Assembly (NCBI GenBank): GCA_965263355.1
Contig: CBDHHL010000053.1
Span: 1 to 52,076, forward strand
DNA length: 52,076 nt
Source: Leptolyngbyaceae cyanobacterium
GTDB lineage: Bacteria > Cyanobacteriota > Cyanobacteriia > Phormidesmidales > Phormidesmidaceae
Direction of reading: 5' to 3'
Position numbers and translations under genes: made by a program. A model generated the notes under the pieces. The model saw only the letters and a list, made by a program, of their open reading frames with translations, did not search any database and was not told where the DNA came from. This document shows positions 1 through 7,934 of this stretch, piece after piece; position 1 is the first letter of the stretch; each line of letters begins with the position of its first letter.

Positions 1-220
1 TTTTAGGGGGGCGCTAAGACTATCCTTGCTCGATGGGGTCAATATCTACCGTTTTTGACGGTTAAACCAGTGAAATGAGCATTTTTCCGGCCAGAAGCAT
101 CCCCTCAGTGCCTTGATGACAGCGTGATACAGCCCATTACGCTAGCTTGACTAAAGCCTAACCCCCGGTCTAAAGTAACCCAATGCTGCAAGTGCAGCTG
201 TTCTACTAGAACCTAATAAC

Positions 221-392
221 TTGGCACCATCGGCAGGTGCTGGTAACACCTAACCGATGGCTGACCCGCGGATTACCTAGCAATCCTTGGGATGGGCTTA
301 TTATGCCTCAGCCCCTGCGATTTGCCATACATCGCGGGGGCTGAGCTGTTGGGTTCTGGCTTTCCTTGTCGTATCTCTGGAGAACCAGAACC
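221..392 (+). promoter_or_regulatory. Structured 5' leader or putative cis-regulatory/antisense RNA with four hairpins
   Basis: Stems: CCATCGG 227-233/CCGATGG 254-260 with inner AGGTG/CACCT and loop CTGGTAA; GGATT/AATCC 270-286; 15-bp CTCAGCCCCTGCGAT 307-321/ATCGCGGGGGCTGAG 331-345; GGTTCTGG 352-359/CCAGAACC 385-392 enclosing GGAGAA just before ATG 393. Confidence 0.55.
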
Positions 393-632
393 ATGTTTCA
401 AGTCCCAACCCAGGGCGCATCAGCGCTCACCCGTCAGCCTGACCCGCTACCAGAATCTTCCTACGAAATGGGACGACATCTGCTGCTGGGCAGTTTGACC
501 TTTGTGCAGACCACCATCAAACTGCTGCATAAGCTCAACTACACTGAGCCCAACGACTGGAGCCGTCCACTACCCACCGGGCGACCCAATGAGGTGATGG
601 CGATTTTGACTAAAAAAGTGAAGATTAGTTAG
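393..632 (+). CDS. Small conserved cyanobacterial hypothetical protein (79 aa)
   Basis: ATG at 393 after GGAGAA; RHLLLGS...TIKLLHKLNY.EPNDWSRPLPTGRPNEVMAILTK resembles a recurrent small cyanobacterial family. Confidence 0.7.
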   Translation: MFQVPTQGASALTRQPDPLPESSYEMGRHLLLGSLTFVQTTIKLLHKLNYTEPNDWSRPLPTGRPNEVMAILTKKVKIS

Positions 633-814
633 GGCGATGCGATCGCATCCTTATCTAAAGGTGCGATCGCAGCCTTATTTAACGGACTAATCCTATGCTC
701 TATCAAGACTAAAGTTGCGGGTAAACAACATGGTCTGAAACATGATTCTCGTCAGTACTTTATACTTTTCTTTACCCCCATTAGCCTGCCCTCAGATAGA
801 AAGTATTTCAGAGG

Positions 815-1975
815 TTAGAGGCGTTCCTGGTTGGATAAAGACTGATGGTGCTGCCTACGTTGCCAAAGTGGACTGACAATCCACAGAACTATAAACGGCA
901 GGAGTGCAAACCATAGGGTTTGATAGCTAAGTACGCCAAAGAGGCCAAAGAGTTGACGCGGGATGGCTGTGGTATTCCAAAGCAGGCCAATGAGTACTGC
1001 CAAACCAACGGAGCCAGTCACTAACAGTGAGGGAGATAGTTTGTCTAAGCCCTTTACTCGTAATAGCTTGGGATAAAACCGTTCATAGAGCATTTGCCAA
1101 TCTGGAAAGGCAGCATAGATGCTTAAAACTGTTGTAAATGGAATGCCCAACAGTAGTGTATTGAAGCTGTGAAAAATAGGAGCTAAGCGCAAGATGATGG
1201 CCTGGGCAACCCGATTAAAGAGAACCAAAATAAACGCTGTTTCAAACAGTAGTACCGCATATTGGGCTGGAATGGCTAAGGCAGCGGTGCGACCCAGCTG
1301 AGGCCCCAGGGGATAAATGGGAAACCCATTACTGAGATGACTTTTAACCCCTTTTGCCAGGATAAAATCCCCCACCAATTGCGGTTCAACCAGCCAGGAG
1401 ACTTCCAAAAATTTGACGATGGCGGCTGATAAAAACAAGATTGCTAAGATCACCAACAGTCCCCGTGCTGGCCAGATATAACGCCAGGAAGACTCTCGGG
1501 GAGATGGAACTAGCTGTCCTTGCTTTTGTTTGAGTACAGCATCGATGGAATAGGTCGCCCCCCATTTAGAAAACAACATAAATAAGGGAACATAGAACAC
1601 AATCAGTACGATGGTTCGCTCTTGAATTAAAAAGCCAGTGCGAAACCCAGCTAACCCAAACCCGACAATTAAAACAACCAGATTGGCCAGACGGGTTTTA
1701 TAGCCCAGCAATAGCAAGATCAATGCCATCACCAAAAGCATTTCTAGGGTTGCATAGCCAACATCTGGCAGTGGCGATAACACTTTTAGCAAAATGGTAG
1801 GTTTCCATTGGTTAGTGGGCACCAGGCCAAGTTCCGCAAATCTGAGAGGACTGAGAAACCATAGATAGAAGACGCTGTATATGATGCGATAGAGACCCAT
1901 GCGGCCAGCTGCATTTTTCGCAGGGCGTGTGAGCCATTGACCATAGCGACGCTCAAGCTGCTGGAAAAATTTCAT
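815..1975 (-). CDS. Polytopic membrane protein, HTTM-domain-like
   Basis: 386 aa, many TM segments; LLLGYKTR, YSID, WP..LL...L.FLSAAIVK....W pattern typical of HTTM proteins. Confidence 0.65.
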   Translation of the reverse strand: MKFFQQLERRYGQWLTRPAKNAAGRMGLYRIIYSVFYLWFLSPLRFAELGLVPTNQWKPTILLKVLSPLPDVGYATLEMLLVMALILLLLGYKTRLANLVVLIVGFGLAGFRTGFLIQERTIVLIVFYVPLFMLFSKWGATYSIDAVLKQKQGQLVPSPRESSWRYIWPARGLLVILAILFLSAAIVKFLEVSWLVEPQLVGDFILAKGVKSHLSNGFPIYPLGPQLGRTAALAIPAQYAVLLFETAFILVLFNRVAQAIILRLAPIFHSFNTLLLGIPFTTVLSIYAAFPDWQMLYERFYPKLLRVKGLDKLSPSLLVTGSVGLAVLIGLLWNTTAIPRQLFGLFGVLSYQTLWFALLPFIVLWIVSPLWQRRQHHQSLSNQERL

Positions 1976-1995
1976 AGGGGCTATCTAGACAACAC

Positions 1996-2469
1996 TTAGT
2001 TTGTAGTATGAGCAGTAAAGCGATCAATAAAAACGCTTTGGGTTGGCTGTTGAATATCTAGCGGCGGGTGTTGCTCAAAGTCAACATGCCAAACGTGACG
2101 CCAGGCCTCCACCTGCTCGATTTTGGTGTCGAGCAGAAATTCCAGTTGTTGAATCAAGTAAGGGCGAGAAATTGCTTGCTGTTCTGCATTGCCTTCTACG
2201 GCGGCTTGCATCAGTCTATGCCCTGGTGTTTGGTTAGAGGTATCGTTATCTAGGGTGTAGAGGTCCATCGGACGTAATACATGCTGATGGCCAGCACTAT
2301 CTAAAACATGGAGTTCGAGACGACTTACTTTAGTCGGTGGCGTGTAACCATCGCTGGTGGAGTACATGTCCCACCAGGTAAATGGCCATAGGCTACCACC
2401 CAGCACTAACAGCACAAAGGCCATGCCTGCAGTGAAATATTTAGCGAACCGCAACTCCTGAGTTTCCAT
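1996..2469 (-). CDS. Membrane-anchored hypothetical protein, probable partner of the HTTM protein
   Basis: 157 aa, N-terminal TM followed by WPFTWWDMYS; 20 bp from the HTTM gene, same strand. Confidence 0.7.
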   Translation of the reverse strand: METQELRFAKYFTAGMAFVLLVLGGSLWPFTWWDMYSTSDGYTPPTKVSRLELHVLDSAGHQHVLRPMDLYTLDNDTSNQTPGHRLMQAAVEGNAEQQAISRPYLIQQLEFLLDTKIEQVEAWRHVWHVDFEQHPPLDIQQPTQSVFIDRFTAHTTN

Positions 2470-2533
2470 GAACGCAGTTTATCTCATTGCTGATAGCAAT
2501 ATGACTTAAACGCAACTCTGGCAATTGTCAAAT

Positions 2534-4291
2534 TTATTCCTCAGAAATACTCTCTGGTGCAGACTCTGCTGCCTCATCGATAGCGTCTTCCTGTTCTTGT
2601 TGGACGTCTTCGACAGCTTCTTCAATGTCTTCATCGTTAGCAACAGGTTCATCCTCAACGGTTTCGCTATTGTCAGCGTCATGGAGGGCGAGTTCTGCTT
2701 CGGCTCGTCGTTGCATGGCTTCGTGCCCCAGGACTCCCTCATAGGCATACCGGTTATAGCCACCATTTTCGACAATGGCTTGTAAATAATCGACGCGTTC
2801 TTGAGGGGCGGGGTGAGACGATAACCAGGGTACAACCTGACGATCGCCATAGCGGTCATCTAGGGCCAGCATTAGGCCGTGCATACCGTCGGCAGCATAA
2901 CCGCTGGAGGCAAGAATTTGGGTGCCGACGATATCGGCTTGTCGCTCCATTTGGCGGGAATAGTCAGAGACGATGGCGTTAGTCACCAGCCCAGCCAACG
3001 GTAAATATTGAGTCAAGCTGGCGGTGAGATTGCCTCGGGTAACTAGCTGAAAGCCATGGGATAAAACGGCATGGGATATTTCGTGCCCCAGGAGACCGGC
3101 TAATTCGGCTTCGGAGTCGGTGGCGAGAACGGCACCGGAATTAACGAACACTTTACCTCCGGGTAGGGCAAAGGCATTGAGTTCAGGATCGATGACGACA
3201 TCAAAGGTGTAGTCAAAGTCATCTCGACCGGCGGCAGCAGCGAGTTTATTACCAATGCCACGCACATAGGCCAGCAGTTCTTCATCTTGAGACATGGGCA
3301 GTTGGTCGCGGGCAGAGGCGGCCACGGACTCACCCAAGGATTTTTCGCCCTGAAGCAGGATAAAACTGGTGTTGAGGGCGGTAAACGGCCCGTATAAACC
3401 ACCGGTTAGGATATAGCCAGCGGCGCCGGTGATAATGTTTGCGATCGCATTCTCACGAATTCTGGCATTGGTGGACGACTTAAACCGCCGCAAATTTTCA
3501 TCGGCCAGGGCAGCATAGCCGTCTGCCTCAGGATGGTCAGGATTGAGCAAGGCAAACTGACGCGCGGCAATGGAGGCTTCAATCCACTGTTTTTGACTCA
3601 TCATCAGCTCAATCTGAGCACTGAGCAAATTAGGCTCATAGGGATAAAGCGTCAGAGCCTTTTCTAAGACCATTTCGGCCTCCTCTGGACGCTCGTACGT
3701 TTGGAGGACCTCGGCGTATAGTAGATGGCCAGGAATAAAGGCCGGGATTTCTGTCGTCAGTAAGTCCAGGGGAACCAGGGTTTGGGATTCGCGGCCCGCT
3801 TCTAGCCCACGGGCAGATTCACGCCAATAAACCGCTCCACCGGGGGAGAGCTGGGCTGGATCATTAAAAGGTTCGGCAGGAACATCTTCTAAATCGTCCT
3901 CATTTCTCCAACCAAAGGTTTTCGCCTCACGGTAAAGCGCTTCAGCCGCCGCAATATCCCCAGCTAAGTAAAGCCTATCTGCCTCAATAATCAGCTCTCG
4001 TTGGAACCAGGTTTCCTGCTCCAGGGCCGCCGCTTCTGGATCGTATTCAGGCTCTGCGGGCACCTCTTCTGCGGGCACCTCTTCTGAGGTATCGCCTGCA
4101 GGATCCGTCGGGTTGCTTTCTTCCTCAATGGGATCCACCGTTGGCTCTGAAGAGTCCTCAGCATTGCGCATTTGCACAATGTGCTCAGGGCGTTCGGGTG
4201 AAGCGGCACGACCTGGCAAGACAGGGCTAAGCAGTAGTGTCAGACTAAAGCCTACTGCTAGGAGCAGGGCAAAACGTTGATTGACCTTCAT
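2534..4291 (-). CDS. M48 family zinc metallopeptidase (BepA/YfgC-like) with TPR-like region
   Basis: NAFALPGG, HEISH zinc motif, YSRQMERQAD, SSHP; signal peptide after ATG 4291 (MKVNQRFALLLAVG), so the start is shortened from the ORF track. Confidence 0.9.
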   Translation of the reverse strand: MKVNQRFALLLAVGFSLTLLLSPVLPGRAASPERPEHIVQMRNAEDSSEPTVDPIEEESNPTDPAGDTSEEVPAEEVPAEPEYDPEAAALEQETWFQRELIIEADRLYLAGDIAAAEALYREAKTFGWRNEDDLEDVPAEPFNDPAQLSPGGAVYWRESARGLEAGRESQTLVPLDLLTTEIPAFIPGHLLYAEVLQTYERPEEAEMVLEKALTLYPYEPNLLSAQIELMMSQKQWIEASIAARQFALLNPDHPEADGYAALADENLRRFKSSTNARIRENAIANIITGAAGYILTGGLYGPFTALNTSFILLQGEKSLGESVAASARDQLPMSQDEELLAYVRGIGNKLAAAAGRDDFDYTFDVVIDPELNAFALPGGKVFVNSGAVLATDSEAELAGLLGHEISHAVLSHGFQLVTRGNLTASLTQYLPLAGLVTNAIVSDYSRQMERQADIVGTQILASSGYAADGMHGLMLALDDRYGDRQVVPWLSSHPAPQERVDYLQAIVENGGYNRYAYEGVLGHEAMQRRAEAELALHDADNSETVEDEPVANDEDIEEAVEDVQQEQEDAIDEAAESAPESISEE

Positions 4292-4560
4292 GGTGGATAG
4301 GAAGAACGAAGCGGTTAGGGCACGAAATAGGAATGGTTCTGAGCAGATGCTCCACTTTAAAAGTATGAACGTTGAGGGTTGACGTTCTATTGGATTATTC
4401 TGACAAATCTTGCTCGGAATAACCTGAACTAGGACGCTGTTGTAGGTGTTATCTCTGGAATTAGCCAGGTTATCTGCTGGTGAAAGGTGCTCAAATACGA
4501 CGGCAGAATGGAAGGAAGCAGAATATACTAAGTTTTGTAACGCGTTGATAATCACCCACT

Positions 4561-5046
4561 ATGAGCCCTGAAACCATTGAGGCGATTAAGCCATATTTGA
4601 ACTTTTTCCATCCGATTATGATGTGGGCCCTGTTTGGCCTGACGCTCTATGCCATGTATCTAGGCATTCAAAGCCGTAAGGTGCGCTTTGCTAGCGGTGA
4701 CGAAAAGAAGGAACTGATCAAAGGCAAATTTGCTGTTAAACACCACCAGATGGGATCGATTATTTTGGCGCTTATGGTGCTCGGTACCATCGGTGGTATG
4801 GCTGTGACCTATATCAATAATGGCAAACTGTTTGTCGGGCCTCACCTGTTGGCAGGTTTATCAATGACGGGTTTGATTGCGATCGCAGTCTCCCTTGTAC
4901 CTCTGATGCAGCGGGGCAACGAAACTGCCCGTCTAACTCACATTAGTATCAATGTTGTGATTGTGGGTCTGTTTGGCTGGCAGGCAGTGACCGGTATGCA
5001 GATCGTGCAGCGCATTCTAGAAAGTGCATTTGGGATTACGTTTTAG
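4561..5046 (+). CDS. DUF4079 family membrane protein
   Basis: HPIMMW...YAMYLG, HHQMGS, GKLFVGPHLLAGL motifs of the cyanobacterial/plant family. Confidence 0.85.
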   Translation: MSPETIEAIKPYLNFFHPIMMWALFGLTLYAMYLGIQSRKVRFASGDEKKELIKGKFAVKHHQMGSIILALMVLGTIGGMAVTYINNGKLFVGPHLLAGLSMTGLIAIAVSLVPLMQRGNETARLTHISINVVIVGLFGWQAVTGMQIVQRILESAFGITF

Positions 5047-5084
5047 GATACTGGCATTACCCCAACCTTGAATCTGACGGAAAG

Positions 5085-5112
5085 GGAGCTGGCTATGGGT
5101 CGGCTCCTTTTT
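5085..5112 (+). terminator. Probable intrinsic terminator
   Basis: GGAGCTGGC-TATGG-GTCGGCTCC stem (with G-U pairs) followed by a T run, downstream of the DUF4079 stop. Confidence 0.55.
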
Positions 5113-5176
5113 AAATGTTGTTTTGCATCGGGATGCCGTTGCGTTTTACCCTGAGCGCTAGTGTCTAACAACTGCT

Positions 5177-6997
5177 ATGGCTGATGTGAAAACGATTCAA
5201 GCAACTCCCTGGCTAACTCAGTTGGCGATGGCACTGAGTGGGCTGGTGGCCTATGGCTATACGTTTTCACGGGAAAATATATTCAATCAGATGCCTGCGG
5301 TAATGGCACTGTTGGATCCAGGGCTGTATCGCCAGGATTTTTATGTGCAGGCGATGACCCAGTTTACGCCCAGGTCGTATTACTACTATGGGCTGGCGTT
5401 GCCGGTAAAGCTGGGCTTGAGTCTGCCACTGGTATGTTTTATTTACTTTGCGATCGCATTTATGGCCTTTAGTCTGGGCCTCTATGCCATTGGTCGTCAT
5501 TTGGGGGGCTCAAAACTGTCAGCGGCGGGCTTAGCATTTTTAGGATTGGCCGTTGCCGATGGCACCGTCGGGTTTACCGATCTCTTTCGCCGCACTCCAT
5601 TGCCCAGTGTCTATGCCATGGGCATTGCGGTATGGGGCATTTACTTTTGTCTACAGCATCGCTGGCTACGGGGCTATGTACTGTTGGGCATCAGCTGTCT
5701 GCTGCAGTTTTTGATTGGTGTCCTACCAGGACTGTTATTTACCCCCGCACTGATCGTCCACAGTGTCAGAGCCAAACGTCTCCAGCAAGTATTATGGGCT
5801 TGGGGAGCGCTGCTACTGTTGGCCGGGTTAGTTTACAGCCCTATGGTACTGACCGGGAATACGGGCAGTGATTTGCTCAGTAATGCCGATTTTGTCTGGC
5901 TTTATGGCTATGTGCGCCATCCCCACCATATTATTTTGTCCATATTTCCCGTCAGTAGCTGGCGACGGTTCACATATTTCTTGCTAACAGGATTTGCCTG
6001 TCTCTATGGGTCTCAACGCCTGGGTCTCGATCAAAAAATTACCCTGGGCTTAACGATGGTCACTGGCTGTGGTCTGTTAGCGGTGGGATATGGTCTGGTG
6101 GAGCTGTATCCAGTGGCGACGGTGGCCAAGTTGCAATTTGCTAGAACGACGCCGTTTATTTTGCTGCTGGTGTTGGCTGCGATCTCTACATATGCCAGTG
6201 AGCTATACCATCAGAGCAATCGGGCCTTGGCACTGCTGTTAATCGCCACGCCAGTAATTGATAATGCGGGCGGTCTGATCACCCTGATTGCTGTTGGCTT
6301 GAGTTTGTTGAAACCAGGACCAAAACAGTTTTGGCAGCGCTTTAACCCAAATCGCAGATTGTGGTTACTATACACCGTCTTTTTAATTGTCTTGGGGGTG
6401 ACCTATGCCTACCATGTGGCCTTATTTCTAAGTTTTGCCTATCCGTTTTTAACCGATGAATTTCCTGGGTTATTTAAACGATTACGACCGGCTGCATATG
6501 CCGTAATCGCCGGGTGTAGTTTGTTTGTGTTACTGCATCTGGGTGGTGTGGTGGCCCATCGCAGTCTGAGTCCTTTACATCGGGCGATTAAGCTGGCCCC
6601 TGTGGTGGACAAACCGGTGAAAACCCTGGCGGTCAATTTTCGCAATAATTCGCCGCTAGATGCGTTAGTGATTGTCCCCCCATCGGATCGGCTGTTCCGG
6701 TTTTACAGCCAGCGCTCAGTGGTGGTGAACTTTAAAGGATTTCCCTTTACCGATGCGGGCATGGTCACCTGGCAGCAACGGATGGAGGCGTTACTGGGGA
6801 AACTGCCTGGGTCTGTAGAGGCGGTGTTAGACCAGCGCTTTAGTCAGCTGACGGGGGCAGAGCTGGGTGCGATCGCAGCCGACTTTAAGGCCACCCATAT
6901 TTTGACCCGCCAATCCTGGCATCCCGATATTCCAGGCAAAGTGGTTGCTCAACAAGAGGATTGGGTCCTTTGGGCAGTTATACGAAATCCTGGTTAG
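5177..6997 (+). CDS. Polytopic membrane protein with C-terminal DUF6798-like domain
   Basis: 606 aa, many TMs; DP.LY..DF, RHPHH, FR.YSQRSVVVNFKGFP...W..R motifs. Confidence 0.7.
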   Translation: MADVKTIQATPWLTQLAMALSGLVAYGYTFSRENIFNQMPAVMALLDPGLYRQDFYVQAMTQFTPRSYYYYGLALPVKLGLSLPLVCFIYFAIAFMAFSLGLYAIGRHLGGSKLSAAGLAFLGLAVADGTVGFTDLFRRTPLPSVYAMGIAVWGIYFCLQHRWLRGYVLLGISCLLQFLIGVLPGLLFTPALIVHSVRAKRLQQVLWAWGALLLLAGLVYSPMVLTGNTGSDLLSNADFVWLYGYVRHPHHIILSIFPVSSWRRFTYFLLTGFACLYGSQRLGLDQKITLGLTMVTGCGLLAVGYGLVELYPVATVAKLQFARTTPFILLLVLAAISTYASELYHQSNRALALLLIATPVIDNAGGLITLIAVGLSLLKPGPKQFWQRFNPNRRLWLLYTVFLIVLGVTYAYHVALFLSFAYPFLTDEFPGLFKRLRPAAYAVIAGCSLFVLLHLGGVVAHRSLSPLHRAIKLAPVVDKPVKTLAVNFRNNSPLDALVIVPPSDRLFRFYSQRSVVVNFKGFPFTDAGMVTWQQRMEALLGKLPGSVEAVLDQRFSQLTGAELGAIAADFKATHILTRQSWHPDIPGKVVAQQEDWVLWAVIRNPG

Positions 6998-7010
6998 TAG
7001 CGTCGATATC

Positions 7011-7040
7011 GCAGGGCATCCACAAGGGAGTGCCCCTACA
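7011..7040. repeat. Degenerate GTAG-type REP palindrome
   Basis: GCAGGGCATCCACAAGGGAGTGCCCCTACA between convergent genes; shares the GCCCCTAC arm with the other copies. Confidence 0.5.
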
Positions 7041-7085
7041 GAATCCTCACCCATCCCCCTAGGTGAGTCTTTACGCCGATATAGC

Positions 7086-7616
7086 CTATTTCAAGGCTAA
7101 AAGTCCCTGTTCCTTTAGCTTGGGGTTGAACTTAATGGAAATTTGGGCTCCTCGGGCTTCGACTTGGGCCTTAACATCGGCTTCAACGCGGCGCGCTAAC
7201 TGCTTGAGGAGTTTGTTGGTTTGAGAGGGTTCGGCGTTTGCGATCGCATCCCGTTCCGCCTCCGTCATAAAGGTTTTAGCATCAATCGGTTTTTCCCACA
7301 CCAGTTGTTGATCACCATTACCCGCAGGCACCGTGCCATATTCCGCCAGCCATGCAGTTCGAATCTCTTCCAATAGGGTGCGACTGGGACGAGCGACCGT
7401 GTAGACCTTAAACCAGTGACACTGATGAGGGCAGCGCACCAGATGCTGCGTCAGACCCACATTGATATCCCGTGAATAGCCCACATACTGTAGCGTTTGA
7501 GCCTGATCAAAAATGGCATAAATACCTACCTTGCCCGCCAAACCCGGCGGTAATTCCCCCTCCACTAGATAGGGGTGCATTTCTAAACTGGCCAAGGTAG
7601 GTAGGGAGTCTGACAT
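7086..7616 (-). CDS. GIY-YIG domain protein (cyanobacterial family)
   Basis: GIYAIFD...LQYVGYSRD motif; C-terminal FNPKLKEQGLL. Confidence 0.85.
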   Translation of the reverse strand: MSDSLPTLASLEMHPYLVEGELPPGLAGKVGIYAIFDQAQTLQYVGYSRDINVGLTQHLVRCPHQCHWFKVYTVARPSRTLLEEIRTAWLAEYGTVPAGNGDQQLVWEKPIDAKTFMTEAERDAIANAEPSQTNKLLKQLARRVEADVKAQVEARGAQISIKFNPKLKEQGLLALK

Positions 7617-7934
7617 GGCTGGACCGGATAAACGATAGGTTTGCGCAATACGTTCCCCATCCTAAGGTCGCCGGACTGCAAATCTAGATTCTTTCAAAGA
7701 AAATCAACGATTCTACCCTGTGAAAAATACAGTCTAAAAAGAAATACTATAGTGAAGGAAAATCATATTGCGCTGCCATGGATTCTCCTAAAGACATTAC
7801 AAATCGGATTGTTTTTGTGCTGCTGCTTTGCTTTATTGGCTGGCAATTATTTCGTGTCGGTTTAGTTGTGGGTGTCGCTAACGGCTGGCTATAAGCAGTG
7901 CGATAATGCTGATTGCTGTTTTTGACGGTAATCT

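Noticed and set aside
1..58. Possible 3' end of an upstream gene
   Set aside because: Only 18 codons; nothing identifiable.
636..672. Twin palindromes after the small ORF
   Set aside because: Explained by two HIP1 sites; no T-tract to support a terminator.
4056..4087. 15-bp tandem repeat in the M48 gene (EEVPA twice)
   Set aside because: Ordinary low-complexity linker duplication.
4292..4555. 88-codon N-terminal extension of the M48 ORF
   Set aside because: It would fill the whole divergent promoter region; a signal peptide starts at ATG 4291.
7086..7616. GIY-YIG gene as a homing endonuclease or intron
   Set aside because: No interrupted host gene or intron structure; it resembles an ordinary conserved cyanobacterial family.
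7641..7865. 74-aa ORF with hydrophobic C-terminus
   Set aside because: TTG start and no recognisable family; a small membrane peptide cannot be excluded but is unsupported.
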